Counted from the first letter of the stretch, positions 1 to 10,653 are shown. The stretch is 64,000 bases of DNA from Thermoprotei archaeon (GCA_003649205.1 QMRC01000008.1:20245-84244), one strand, 5' to 3'. Notes: a model not told the origin generated them from the letters alone. Numbers and translations are program-made.

Positions 1-3000
1 ATTAGACGTGACTACTCTTGGAGGAGGCTTAATCACTTTAACAAGCTCGAAGTCTCTATCTATGTACAGTGTATAATTTACAACTTCATTACCAGCAACT
101 AAGTCTAGTGGATTACTTGCATTGACAAACACATAGAGGTACGGAGTCCAAGGCACCTTAATCGTGTAGTTCAACCAGTAGATACCTCTCTTCGTTATGT
201 TTAGATCAAGCATCTTCTTGAATATACCGATCTTCCTCGGCTTAGGAGCAATACCGTACTTGCTAACCACAATGTCTATCTTGGTTAGGGTTTCTAGCAC
301 TCTCGTAGGTGATACAATACCTACACATACCTTTATTGCGTCTTCTGGTAGTATAGCTCCCTTAACTCTCTGTGATACTGGTTCAATAACTACGAAAACT
401 CTAATGTCTACGAATCCCCTAATCTTCTCAACTTCACTCCACAGCTCATTATTTCTAGGATCTGTATCGTTCATGTACTTAACTATCTTGACGTGTGCTC
501 TAACGTAGCCTCCCTCCGTCATGTTTATGCTGAACCACTTCCAGATTGGGTTCATACCTCTCCACAAGTATATTGTCTCTGTTATGTTTCCTAGTAGGTT
601 GAGTGGTTTGCCCTCTGCAGTGCAGTTCCACAGCTCTAGTACGTACGTTATGTTCTGTGGTGTATTTGTCCAGAAGAGTACTGTAACTAGGTGACTGATG
701 TTGCCGAAGTAGTAGCCTAGACCCATGTGTCTCCAGATGTGGCACTCTAGAACAGCTACCTCTGGTGTGTAGAGTGGCGAGTTCTTAGGTACTACAAATA
801 CTAACCAGTAGCACTTATCCATGTGTAGTGTCCTAGTCCAGTTATACTCTCCAGCCTGTACAAATACTTTGACTGTACTGCAGTTCCTAATGTAGAAGTA
901 TGCAAAGCCTGTTCCATTTGTCCTAGTTACAGTTGATACACCTCTTGTTAGGTCAGTAACGTTAACTAGTGCTCCTTCGTAGGGTGCTGTATCGTTGTAT
1001 ATTACCTGTACTGCTAGTACCCACATGTATGTACAGTTTGCGAAGTGTATTGGGTATGGCGGGTGTGTCCAGTTGCTTCCTGCTGGAGGAGGTACAAACG
1101 TTATTGACTGATTGGCAACTACCTTGGGAACTAGATATATTCTCAAGGTCATTGTCTTGTTGAAGAGGTATATCTGCCAATCAGTTACATTGTAGAATCC
1201 TTGCTTGTACACAGATACATTGTACCAGTAACCACTCCACAGACCAAATGTAGCTACACCACTTGCATCAGTATAGTTCGATACCTTGTATCCTCCACGA
1301 GTCTTCTCAACTATTACGAGAGCACTTGGTACTGGTGAGTAATTCAGTGCATTCACTACTTGTACGATTAACTTTGCTGGCATTACGTAGCTGTACCAAG
1401 GTAGATAGAACTCAAGCCAAATACACCTATCTAGGTATACAGTCCTATTCTCATCAAAGACCTGTGTCGTATTGTGTGGATTAACTGCATGTACATTGAC
1501 TACATATGTTCTATTTGCTTGCAACCAGAATACTACGAATCCAGTACCGTTAGTAATTCCTTGTCTAATCAATGTATTGTCGTGATAGACCTTTACCTCA
1601 GCTCCGTGAAATGGCTTACCATCCTTCCACACAACCTGTATAGCCAATGCGTAGAGTACAGTACCGTTCGGTAGCACTATGGTTGGATATGTTGCATTGC
1701 TCCCTTCTGGAGGAGGTTGTACAGTTACGTTCTCAGGTACTAGGTATACGTAGAGCCAATCAACTGTCTCATTCATGAATATAGCACCGTAGCCTGTTCT
1801 GTAACCACTCTTACTAGCCTCAACATACCAAGTCCTCATGGTCACTACCTGTATTGGAGGTGTCCAACCAGTTTCATTTGTTGTGAACGTCCTTAAGTCA
1901 GCCCTATCAGGTCTAGACCACACCTTAACGGTAGCACCTTCAATACCTGTATTAGTCACAGCATCAACTACTCTCACGTAGAGAGTAGCATTCTCACCTA
2001 CTGGAGGTACTACTGTGAGTAGGAGCGGGAAGGACTTCTTATCGTAGTCATCAGACTTCAAGTAGTTACCGACAGAAGCATCAACTACCCAAGCTTCACA
2101 CAGTAACTCTACAGGTCTCTGAACTACTTGATACATCTGCTGTGCCTCAGCTATGTAGTTACCCATGTCAACTATCACAAAGGTGCTATTCACGACATGT
2201 ACCTTCGTTATGTTACTCCACGACTTCACATCAATCCAATCCATCTTCGTCTCATTGAAGTACCTCAAGCTAACTCTCCACTCCACAGTGACATCCTGCT
2301 CTACATTACTGTAGACGTATATGCTGAAGTGTCTTGGAGCTGTTGCAGTAACTGAGGTACCATTGAAGTATATCTTCAACCCAGCATTGGGAGGTAGTAC
2401 TGTGTAGATGATGAATGTGTAGTTCTTACAGTACTGTAGAGTACCGCCGTTAACTGGATCGAGCCACTTAGTCCTAGTTCTGGATATATAGACATAGTAT
2501 GCGGTTTCATTTATTGTGTAACTACCATTGAATTCAAACATGTTACCATATCTTCTCCACAACTCGTAACCTAGTATGTCCTTGAATAACTTCTCATAAC
2601 CTTCAGCAATGTAGACGAGATGTCTAAATGTACCTTCTTCAAAGCTGTACACTCTCTCTATCCATATAGCTGGCTTCTCTACGTCTAAGATCTTTACACT
2701 TCTTATTCTCATTACAGTATTCTTAAGTGGGAAGTGGAGAGAGCATCTATATCCATAGTCGAATTCCTTGAGTGGTACCTTGATGACAGTATCTGCCTCC
2801 AGCATTATATCTGCTAGGAAACCAGTCATGTTGCCAAATGATATTTCAACATCTTTTAGAAATGGTAAATCAACATCGTAGACAACACCTGTACTTGTTG
2901 CTCTACCAACTACAGTTACTTCATAAGGTATGTTCACTTGCTCAATGACTCCACTAATCTTAATACGTGGAATTATATTAAGTATCTTTACTGGATCCTT

Positions 3001-5505
3001 AATTACTTGCTTTTTCATGGTACCTACAGCGTCAATGCTAACGACATTTATTTGTAGTCCTGTCTTGAATGGTACGCCTCCTCCAAACCACTGTAGTAAC
3101 GTTATCTTTCCTTGAACTATGTGTAGTACAGTTATGTAGACTGAAGTTATCTTCAATCTCTCAGCAGGTATACCACGCTCAGCTACTAGATACTCCATTA
3201 CATCCGTCACTATGTTGTATGGAGGTAGTTTACCAGTTTTCAGAACCTTATAGTATTCAGTCCATGTCTTACACTTTGGAGGGTAGTAGTAGATTACGTT
3301 CTCGATACCTAGTGTCTTAGCTGTCTCCACAACACACTTCTCAAGCATTTCATAGTCCTTAAACTCTTCAGGTACGTAGATCCTCACTACGGTGTACTTG
3401 TCTCCAGTAGCACTATCAACTATGACAGGTATGTACATGATAAATATGTAGTCCTTAAGACCAACTCTGTACGGTTCTGGAATGACCTTTAACTCTGATA
3501 ACACTAGGTAGGATACATCGAATGTAAATACTGCTCCAAGGATTTTCCAGTAGGCTACGGATAGTGTTTTTACGGGTAAGGTCATCATTTGTTCTGCTAG
3601 AACCTCTCCAGCCATTCCAAATACAGTAGCTGAGAAGCTTACGAAATGTGTTTTAGCTAGATTAACAATACCGAGAAGAGCATGGTACGGTATTCCTGTA
3701 CCAAAGGTGAGCATTACTGCTCCCTTTAGTTCTGAAGTCCAAGGATCGTAGGTTAGTAGTAATTCACTTACTGCAACTTTAGGAATCACCGTTATGTTGT
3801 TGTATAGTGCAACTACTGGTGTTCTCAGAGGTACATTGATTACACATGCATACGATGTGAATCCAGTTCCGAAGAAAGGTGTAGTATCGATTCTACCCCA
3901 TGCAGATAGAAGTAAGGTGTTCTTAGTTGGGTACACATACTTAAACTTCTCAATAGCACCTCCTTCACTGTGTACAGCAAACCAACCCTTGTGAATCTTC
4001 TTAACATCTCCCTCAATATAGTACTTACGTAAGTACTCAGGAATTAAGCTAGTTCTCACCTCATGAGTGAATAGCTTTGAAATAGTTAACTTGAACCTAG
4101 TAAAGTAGTAGTAGTTCAAGGGTAGCTTTATGAGAAGTGAGTGTCCTAAATTGACTCCAGAGTAGGAAATGTATAGTGTACCCTCAAATGCTACTCTCGG
4201 TATCTTTGTCTCTGGCTCTGCTTTGATGAACTCTAGCTTGTAAATCTTATAGTCAGTATAGAGAACATTGCTTTCCCAATCATAGTATCGGTACAGTGGC
4301 TTACCTCCGAGTGAAAACTTTACCATAGTAAGATTTTGTGGATCTACTATACCTACCTCACTCTTATTGAATGCTAGAATTAGATTATCATCGTAATCTA
4401 GACATGTTGCTAGGTGAAGTCCCCATACACTACCTCCATACGCAGGTTCTGGTGTTGGATCTACTCTTACACTCAATTCTTTAATGTCTACTGGAGGATA
4501 GTAGAGCCATAATGTTCCATTTACATCATCGACAAAAACTATACCTCTCTTACACAGTGTTACGTAGTTAAGAGGAAGTCCAAGTATGACATCGTTACCT
4601 ATATCCAGTAGTGCATTTATTTCCTTTGTTGTATATAATTTACCTGTCTCTCTATCGTACATGAATACTATTGATTTCTTCGTATAGGTTGACGCTATGA
4701 ACCCTATGACGTGAACACCATCGAAGTAAACTATTTCACACCAACGGAAAGGACTTGCTGGAAACGGTATATAACTTGGCACTGTCTCATTAACTCCAAT
4801 CCAAGTTCCTACCTTTACCTTGTCTAATAAAGTACCTGCTGTGTTGTAAATCTTGAGGTAAACATCGTAGTAGTAAACCTCTACTCCTTTCTGAGTATCA
4901 ATTTCAGTTTTTATATGTGTAAGGTTTAGAAGTGCTATTTTACCATCTATAATTTGACAATAGATATTATATGCTGAACCCTTAGCAATCTCTGGGAGTT
5001 TATGCAGAAGAACTAGTGAACCATTGAAAACTGCTATATAGATATTATACTCTCCTCCAGTACTAGGTGAAATTAGATTTCGTACAAGAAGATGTACAGG
5101 AAGAGATGTCTTCTTTTCGATGGCTAATATGGACGATAAAGCTATTCCCTTGTATGCAATTACTTTATATTCCTTAGTCTTTATATTAATAACATAGAGG
5201 TAATCAGCTACATCCTCTCCAAAGATTAGATCTCCTATAGCATAGGCTCCGCTCCAACCCGAAATTACTAGGTTGACTTTCTTTTTCTCGATATCGACAT
5301 GAACTATTCCCTTTCCCTCTGGAAGATTGTATAAGTATTTGGTGTTGTGTATGATACCTGCGAACTGAAGATCTCGAGATAGTCCTATTGCTTGAGAGAG
5401 AACTGCTATTGGTTTTTTAAACTGTAACTCTAGGCATGATGTTGGTAATATTAGAGCTATCAGTATAAGGCAGAGTACTGTTAGAATGCTTTTTCCATAC
5501 TTCAT
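1..5505 (-). CDS. Giant secreted/surface protein (>1835 aa, 3' end beyond the window), beta-rich with Ig/carboxypeptidase-regulatory-like modules; putative adhesin or spike
   Basis: Missing from the ORF track because it is truncated. ATG at 5505 with RBS AGAGGTG upstream. Starts MKYGKSILTVLCLILIALILPTS (signal peptide). The same frame is open at the window edge (..DRDFELVKVIKPPPRVVTSN). Contains IEGATVKVWSR..TTNETGW-type modules and many N-x-S/T sites. I did not check every codon. Confidence 0.85.
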   Translation of the reverse strand, partial: MKYGKSILTVLCLILIALILPTSCLELQFKKPIAVLSQAIGLSRDLQFAGIIHNTKYLYNLPEGKGIVHVDIEKKKVNLVISGWSGAYAIGDLIFGEDVADYLYVINIKTKEYKVIAYKGIALSSILAIEKKTSLPVHLLVRNLISPSTGGEYNIYIAVFNGSLVLLHKLPEIAKGSAYNIYCQIIDGKIALLNLTHIKTEIDTQKGVEVYYYDVYLKIYNTAGTLLDKVKVGTWIGVNETVPSYIPFPASPFRWCEIVYFDGVHVIGFIASTYTKKSIVFMYDRETGKLYTTKEINALLDIGNDVILGLPLNYVTLCKRGIVFVDDVNGTLWLYYPPVDIKELSVRVDPTPEPAYGGSVWGLHLATCLDYDDNLILAFNKSEVGIVDPQNLTMVKFSLGGKPLYRYYDWESNVLYTDYKIYKLEFIKAEPETKIPRVAFEGTLYISYSGVNLGHSLLIKLPLNYYYFTRFKLTISKLFTHEVRTSLIPEYLRKYYIEGDVKKIHKGWFAVHSEGGAIEKFKYVYPTKNTLLLSAWGRIDTTPFFGTGFTSYACVINVPLRTPVVALYNNITVIPKVAVSELLLTYDPWTSELKGAVMLTFGTGIPYHALLGIVNLAKTHFVSFSATVFGMAGEVLAEQMMTLPVKTLSVAYWKILGAVFTFDVSYLVLSELKVIPEPYRVGLKDYIFIMYIPVIVDSATGDKYTVVRIYVPEEFKDYEMLEKCVVETAKTLGIENVIYYYPPKCKTWTEYYKVLKTGKLPPYNIVTDVMEYLVAERGIPAERLKITSVYITVLHIVQGKITLLQWFGGGVPFKTGLQINVVSIDAVGTMKKQVIKDPVKILNIIPRIKISGVIEQVNIPYEVTVVGRATSTGVVYDVDLPFLKDVEISFGNMTGFLADIMLEADTVIKVPLKEFDYGYRCSLHFPLKNTVMRIRSVKILDVEKPAIWIERVYSFEEGTFRHLVYIAEGYEKLFKDILGYELWRRYGNMFEFNGSYTINETAYYVYISRTRTKWLDPVNGGTLQYCKNYTFIIYTVLPPNAGLKIYFNGTSVTATAPRHFSIYVYSNVEQDVTVEWRVSLRYFNETKMDWIDVKSWSNITKVHVVNSTFVIVDMGNYIAEAQQMYQVVQRPVELLCEAWVVDASVGNYLKSDDYDKKSFPLLLTVVPPVGENATLYVRVVDAVTNTGIEGATVKVWSRPDRADLRTFTTNETGWTPPIQVVTMRTWYVEASKSGYRTGYGAIFMNETVDWLYVYLVPENVTVQPPPEGSNATYPTIVLPNGTVLYALAIQVVWKDGKPFHGAEVKVYHDNTLIRQGITNGTGFVVFWLQANRTYVVNVHAVNPHNTTQVFDENRTVYLDRCIWLEFYLPWYSYVMPAKLIVQVVNALNYSPVPSALVIVEKTRGGYKVSNYTDASGVATFGLWSGYWYNVSVYKQGFYNVTDWQIYLFNKTMTLRIYLVPKVVANQSITFVPPPAGSNWTHPPYPIHFANCTYMWVLAVQVIYNDTAPYEGALVNVTDLTRGVSTVTRTNGTGFAYFYIRNCSTVKVFVQAGEYNWTRTLHMDKCYWLVFVVPKNSPLYTPEVAVLECHIWRHMGLGYYFGNISHLVTVLFWTNTPQNITYVLELWNCTAEGKPLNLLGNITETIYLWRGMNPIWKWFSINMTEGGYVRAHVKIVKYMNDTDPRNNELWSEVEKIRGFVDIRVFVVIEPVSQRVKGAILPEDAIKVCVGIVSPTRVLETLTKIDIVVSKYGIAPKPRKIGIFKKMLDLNITKRGIYWLNYTIKVPWTPYLYVFVNASNPLDLVAGNEVVNYTLYIDRDFELVKVIKPPPRVVTSN

Positions 5506-5515
5506 TTCTACACCT

Positions 5516-5920
5516 CTATGGTTTGGGTATTAGTGGCATTTTGACTAGTTTTTCTCTTAGTTCTCGTGGTAGTAGCTTCTCTAGTTCTTTCTCTACCTCT
5601 TCATCGCTTACTAGGTGACCGTACTTCATGAGTAGTATCCTGTAGTCTCCTACGTACTTCTCGAACTCACTTGCAAGCTCCATCCACTCCTTGTCCTCAA
5701 CAGGTGCGAAGATGAATTCATCTGGTAGGTACTCAGCTCTACCGTAGCAAAGTATCATCAAACCCCTGTACTTCCTCCCCTTCTCCTCTATGGTAAAGGA
5801 TATGTTCCCGTACTTCGTCCTTATCATCGGTAACCCGCCAATTGCTAGACACATCTTAGCAAACTTCACAAGCTCCTTAATCGCTTCTCTAGAATTCTCA
5901 ATAACCAACCTAATACCCAT
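5516..5920 (-). CDS. Hypothetical protein, paralog of 6030-6338
   Basis: Shares F-xx-C-xxx-GG-xxx-IRT-x(1,2)-YG and L-x-C[YW]G with the neighbouring ORF. Confidence 0.75.
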   Translation of the reverse strand: MGIRLVIENSREAIKELVKFAKMCLAIGGLPMIRTKYGNISFTIEEKGRKYRGLMILCYGRAEYLPDEFIFAPVEDKEWMELASEFEKYVGDYRILLMKYGHLVSDEEVEKELEKLLPRELREKLVKMPLIPKP

Positions 5921-6029
5921 AGCTGAAACACCTGAGAAATAGAACCTAAACTATATTTTATGTGTTTAGAATGAGATTGAAGCTGTAAAAAGAAGGGTTT
6001 ATGAAGTAGATTATAGAGGTGCCCTAGCT

Positions 6030-6338
6030 TTACCTAATACCTGCCTTGTGTAGTGCTTCAATTAGGTCAGCTACTCTAATACCCTTCATCTTTATTAATC
6101 CTGCTAGTGACTTAGCTAGATCTGGTGTCACTGGAATGTAGACGTTCTTTACCTTTCCACTAGCTCCCCAACACACTAGCTGAATTACGTTTCTACCAAA
6201 GCCCTCAATACCGTACATCGATGTCCTTATCTGTGTTACACCTCCTGCCTCTCTGCACGTTCTGTCGAACTCAACAATTCTCCTAGCTACTTCATCTGGG
6301 ATCTCTACTGTGAAGCCCTTTACTGTGACTCTGACCAT
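6030..6338 (-). CDS. Hypothetical protein, paralog of 5516-5920
   Basis: FDRTCREAGGVTQIRTSMYG..LVCWG; RBS GGTGAG. Confidence 0.75.
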   Translation of the reverse strand: MVRVTVKGFTVEIPDEVARRIVEFDRTCREAGGVTQIRTSMYGIEGFGRNVIQLVCWGASGKVKNVYIPVTPDLAKSLAGLIKMKGIRVADLIEALHKAGIR

Positions 6339-6424
6339 ATTTACTCACCTAGGTGTACCTTATGTCTGGATATTTATTAAACTTTCATTCGTGTATACAC
6401 TGACGTAGTAGTCTATACACGTCA

Positions 6425-7069
6425 CTACACCTTCTCCCTCATCTCGCTGGTAACTGCTAGGTACATCTTCAGTATCTTGTTTATCGCTTCGTTAAATGAT
6501 GAGAATACTCCCTTACCCACGAGTATGCTCAGCTTCTCAAATGTATCACTGTCTAACCTAACAGGTATGACCTTCTCACCACTGCTGTAGAACATTCTCC
6601 TAATCTTCTCATCAAGTCCCTTCGGCTCAATGTACACAACAAAGAGTAACCCTAGTTCAGGTGCTGATAGACCTAGGAAGTTGTACTTACTACCGTCCTC
6701 TGTAGCAAATACACCAACTGCTTGCTTCACTACCTTCTCACTAAATAGCTTGTTCTCATCTAGGTTGAACTCCTTAATGAGTTCATGCAGTATCTGTGCC
6801 TTATAGCTCAGGTAATCACTATAGCTCCAACCAAGTTCCTGAAGCACCTTATCCCTTACAGGACATCTCTTCTCTGGGCTACAGCAATACGCTAGGGATC
6901 CCCAACACAGATCAGCACTATGCTTACTGAATCTCTCCTTAATCTCCTCGTACTGCTTCGGATCGATACCTAGCTTCTTCAGTGCATAGTCTCTAACTGG
7001 GCATGGTTTCTTTATTGAACAGCAGAAAACTACTGATGCTAAGCAACCTCCAGCACATAGATTGGGCAC
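6425..7069 (-). CDS. Methanogenesis marker domain 9-like Cys-rich domain fused to a C-terminal ribbon-helix-helix domain
   Basis: Duplicated motif C-x-GG/GS-L-xx-[FY]CC-xxxx-CPVRD-x-L-xx-LG. C-terminal VIPVRLDSDTFEKL..SSFNEAINKIL is RHH-like. Confidence 0.7.
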   Translation of the reverse strand: MPNLCAGGCLASVVFCCSIKKPCPVRDYALKKLGIDPKQYEEIKERFSKHSADLCWGSLAYCCSPEKRCPVRDKVLQELGWSYSDYLSYKAQILHELIKEFNLDENKLFSEKVVKQAVGVFATEDGSKYNFLGLSAPELGLLFVVYIEPKGLDEKIRRMFYSSGEKVIPVRLDSDTFEKLSILVGKGVFSSFNEAINKILKMYLAVTSEMREKV

Positions 7070-7111
7070 ACCAACAAGCTTCTCAGTTAGCTTACGTATG
7101 TTTATCTGGCT

Positions 7112-7483
7112 TCACCTCCTTACACGGAGAATTGTCTGGAGTAAAAGTTCAAAATTTCTAAAGGCTTGTTCCTCAAGTCTAAAGCCCATGACTACAAACT
7201 TCATGGTTGACCCATCTGGTCTATACAGCTTGATTAGTACAATTGGTGTAGGTTGTAGCCTCCTCATTAACCTATCAACACCTTTAAAGGGCTCTGGTGA
7301 TATCGTTCTCTTCTCTAGGTCAACTACGTAGAACTCACCTAGTTCACTGTACGGATCTACGTATCTAGTTATGTAGCGTCTAATGTACGGTACACCTAAT
7401 CTAGCACATATCCTCCTCAAGTGCTTATCAACACCCTTACACACTGGGCACCTACCTAGGTACCACAGCTCAACCTCTAGCAC
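7112..7483 (-). CDS. Glutaredoxin/thioredoxin-like protein
   Basis: N-terminal VELWY..CPVC and TP motif. Confidence 0.65.
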   Translation of the reverse strand: MLEVELWYLGRCPVCKGVDKHLRRICARLGVPYIRRYITRYVDPYSELGEFYVVDLEKRTISPEPFKGVDRLMRRLQPTPIVLIKLYRPDGSTMKFVVMGFRLEEQAFRNFELLLQTILRVRR

Positions 7484-7892
7484 GTCTACCTCTCTCCTCA
7501 GTTATTGCTCTCAGGACAGATACTAGGTGTCTAGCGAATTCAGGAGTTGATACAGCAAATTCAGAACCCAACATGACGACTCTACTCCTATAGTTCTCAA
7601 CTCTCTTGAACCTAAATCCCCTAGGTAGCTCCACTGTATTAGGTACTTCAAGAACTATACCATATGCGTGGATGCCCCTAAATCCACTCTTTGTCTCGAA
7701 TAGCGTGTACTCGTCATCTGATAGAGATTCCTCAGCTTCCCTACCTCTCCTCTCCATCTCCTCAGCTCTAGCAATGTACCCACGTTCCCTCATTCTCTTC
7801 AACCTAGCTAAGATACTGTACTTCCTCTCTAGGTAATCTGCCTCAGCCTTCTTATTAATTAAGTTCACTAAGGCAGGAATAACAAATGACAT
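7470..7892 (-). CDS. Hypothetical protein
   Basis: Overlapping ORF within the operon. Confidence 0.7.
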   Translation of the reverse strand: MSFVIPALVNLINKKAEADYLERKYSILARLKRMRERGYIARAEEMERRGREAEESLSDDEYTLFETKSGFRGIHAYGIVLEVPNTVELPRGFRFKRVENYRSRVVMLGSEFAVSTPEFARHLVSVLRAITEERGRRARG

Positions 7893-7896
7893 GTCC

Positions 7897-8571
7897 TCAC
7901 CTCTTCAATCTCAACCTATGTTCTAGAGTTATAGGGTCTGTGTAGTCCTCTGCTAGCTCATGTGCTTTCAACTCTGCAATTACGTCACTAGCTCTCTCAC
8001 CAAACATTATGTAGACATCTCTTATCGGTATATCTACTCTATTCAGTAGTATGGCGTATAGCTTCCTAGCACTTGGAGATAGCTCAGGTACGACAACCTC
8101 CTCAGTGTAGAACATACCTTTTGTCGGTATGACAATTCTCTCCTTTGTTACGAAAGCTGTCGTCACCTTGAGAATCAGATCCCTTATCTTAGCCTCGAAC
8201 TTTGGAAGGAGGTTAATCAACTTGAACTTGTCTCTATGGTATATAGCAGACCTAACCTCTGATAGCAGTGTGTTGTACTCCTTGAAGTCCTCAGTAAGGA
8301 TCTCGAATATCGTGGATGTCGATTTAACACTGGTCGTTCTACACACGTACATGACAATTGTCTCCATGCAGTTAATCACGCTAGTTAGGTAGTCATCAAT
8401 CCTAATCCAGTCTTGCCCACTCATTAGTGACTTTCTAAGTATCTTCTTTATTGCTGTGAACCTATTGTTCAACTCATCTCTAAGCCTCATTATCTCCTTG
8501 CTAATACCCTCCACAACAACTACTTCCCTACTACGTTCACGTCCTCTCCTCTCCTCTACGTCCGAACTCAT
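7897..8571 (-). CDS. Helical protein with C-terminal winged-helix-like domain
   Basis: ELSPSARKLYAILL..IPIRDVY..DVIAELKAHELAE. Confidence 0.6.
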   Translation of the reverse strand: MSSDVEERRGRERSREVVVVEGISKEIMRLRDELNNRFTAIKKILRKSLMSGQDWIRIDDYLTSVINCMETIVMYVCRTTSVKSTSTIFEILTEDFKEYNTLLSEVRSAIYHRDKFKLINLLPKFEAKIRDLILKVTTAFVTKERIVIPTKGMFYTEEVVVPELSPSARKLYAILLNRVDIPIRDVYIMFGERASDVIAELKAHELAEDYTDPITLEHRLRLKR

Positions 8572-9560
8572 ACATACCTCACCTCTGCAGGTTTTTCAGC
8601 TGGTTTCTCAACAGGTTTAGCTAGAGGTTTCATACGTTCCTCAATGGTCTTCAGAGCCTCTGTGAACTCTATACCCATGTACTTCGTAACTACTTCTCTA
8701 AGTGCTCTCACCTGATCAACTAGATCAGATACCAACTTCCTAGTTTCCTGAAGGTTATTTATCACTGATGTGATGATATCTTCTAGAGTTACTGTTGACT
8801 TCTCGTAGTACTCAATTACCTTCATCTGCCTCTCGATTTCGTGCTGTAGCCTCAGTACAGTACCCTCTAGATTGACTAACCTCCTAGAGAGTTCATCTGC
8901 TAAGGTCTTGTACTTCTCTGCTTCATACGTCTTAATCGTTAAGTATGTCCTCAGTCTATTGACTTCGAGATCTAGTGAGTGCACTATCTGTGCATACACC
9001 TGTGCTGTTCTAGTCATCTCGTGGAGCTTAGTAGCTAGGTCATAGGTACCTCTGTGATCTAGCACACCAGATGGGTCTGCCACTATGAGTGGAAACCTCC
9101 CCTCATACACCTCATCTAGGAACAGTATGTTGTCCTTCGGTACGAGAATTCTCTCAATGTTCTCGATACCTATCGGGACGACAACTGCACTAGCTCTAAG
9201 CTCCTCCATTCTCCTTCTAGCAATGAAGGTACCTATCGTAGGGAGTCCATTGATGAAGTATGGGTACCACTCAACTACTCTCCTACCCTCAACACTGTAC
9301 TCAAGCCTAATCCAGTACTCTAGATAGCCAACCTGAATCTCCCAGTACTCCCTACCATCTATGAACACTGGCTTATGAGCTACGTAGTGACCTCTAAACG
9401 CTGGTTTCTCACCAATGACAATTACTGGTCTTCCTCTCAGTGCCTCAACTACCTCAAATGCTCTACCGTAGATAGGTGTTGGTCTAGGTACCTCAGCTAC
9501 ATACCTCGTAGGTGTGAGCAACTGTGTTAGTGCATCGTATATCCTATCAGCTAGACTCAA
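8568..9560 (-). CDS. Protein with N-terminal beta domain and long coiled coil
   Basis: Heptad-rich C-terminal half; ends KPAEKPAEVRYV. Confidence 0.7.
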   Translation of the reverse strand: MSLADRIYDALTQLLTPTRYVAEVPRPTPIYGRAFEVVEALRGRPVIVIGEKPAFRGHYVAHKPVFIDGREYWEIQVGYLEYWIRLEYSVEGRRVVEWYPYFINGLPTIGTFIARRRMEELRASAVVVPIGIENIERILVPKDNILFLDEVYEGRFPLIVADPSGVLDHRGTYDLATKLHEMTRTAQVYAQIVHSLDLEVNRLRTYLTIKTYEAEKYKTLADELSRRLVNLEGTVLRLQHEIERQMKVIEYYEKSTVTLEDIITSVINNLQETRKLVSDLVDQVRALREVVTKYMGIEFTEALKTIEERMKPLAKPVEKPAEKPAEVRYV

Positions 9561-10206
9561 AGCTCACACCTCCAGAAGCAAGCCTCTCAACTTGCTCCCT
9601 CAACCTATCGACTTCACTTCCCAACCTAGTTATCTGAGTCGTCATCTCTCGTAGTGTACCGCTTATAGAGTCCATCCTCTCCTGTAACCTACTCAGCATA
9701 GACTCTAGCCTCGATACGCTTGCATCAACCTTCTCGACAATATCTGATAGGCTAGACACTATTCTAGGGATGTTGCTCATAGCTGTATCACGGGTTAGTG
9801 TGGTGACTAGGTTCTTCATCTCGTTCACATCATTGCTCAGAACTGCAAGTGTCTCAAGTACCTTTCTGAACTCTGCAAAGCTCTCAATACGTTCTCGTAC
9901 CTCCTCAACAACCCTCTCGGCTACCATAGACGACAACCTCTCACCTGCAGTGCTAACTGCCTTCTCCACAGCTACTAACGATACGGACTGTACCGATGAC
10001 GCTACTGCCTTAGCAACTATATCAGATGTACTCGACTCAACTAGGTGAATCCTCCTCTCTAACTCACTTACCTTAGCTCTAAGCTCACTAACCTCACTCC
10101 TTATCTTCTGTATCTCAGGCTCAATAGCTCTAGCAACAGCCTCAGCAATCACCCTAATCGTCTCCTGCACCCTTCTCTGCTCCTCGGGAGTAGGTACCTG
10201 ACTCAT
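9547..10206 (-). CDS. Coiled-coil protein
   Basis: Nearly all heptad repeats. Confidence 0.7.
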   Translation of the reverse strand: MSQVPTPEEQRRVQETIRVIAEAVARAIEPEIQKIRSEVSELRAKVSELERRIHLVESSTSDIVAKAVASSVQSVSLVAVEKAVSTAGERLSSMVAERVVEEVRERIESFAEFRKVLETLAVLSNDVNEMKNLVTTLTRDTAMSNIPRIVSSLSDIVEKVDASVSRLESMLSRLQERMDSISGTLREMTTQITRLGSEVDRLREQVERLASGGVSFESS

Positions 10207-10208
10207 AC

Positions 10209-10574
10209 CTACTCACGCTCCTTCACACTTGGGTAGAAGTACCTAATGACTTCAGATGGTACTGAAGATACGACAACCCTATCAAGTGCATCAACTGGTA
10301 TGTAGCCAAGTGCATAGGACTTCAGTAACTCACTACCAACCTTCTCCTTCTCTAGGTGATTTCTCAGCTTTGCAATCATCTGATCTACAATTCTGTGCTC
10401 TATACCTACACCAATGAGGAACCCTGACACTAGACCGAATATCACTGCTACGAAAGGTGTTGTCAGTATTGCTAGCTCTGGTGCTGATGTGTACAGCACT
10501 GTGATTAAGACGAAGTAGATAAGTAGTACTGCAATACCTAGCAGTATGAAGATAGGTACCCTACCAAACTTCAT
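10209..10574 (-). CDS. Two-TM membrane protein
   Basis: Two hydrophobic N-terminal helices; first gene of the operon. Confidence 0.7.
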   Translation of the reverse strand: MKFGRVPIFILLGIAVLLIYFVLITVLYTSAPELAILTTPFVAVIFGLVSGFLIGVGIEHRIVDQMIAKLRNHLEKEKVGSELLKSYALGYIPVDALDRVVVSSVPSEVIRYFYPSVKERE

Positions 10575-10653
10575 GTATACACCAAAGGTGTTGTCTATAC
10601 ATGAATATTTAAATTCTCTGGTCTATCTCCGTTAAGTACTGGGGTTGAGGAGT

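Noticed and set aside
197-3994. Short ORFs listed in the track within 197-3994
   Set aside because: Shadow ORFs of the long minus-strand gene 1-5505.
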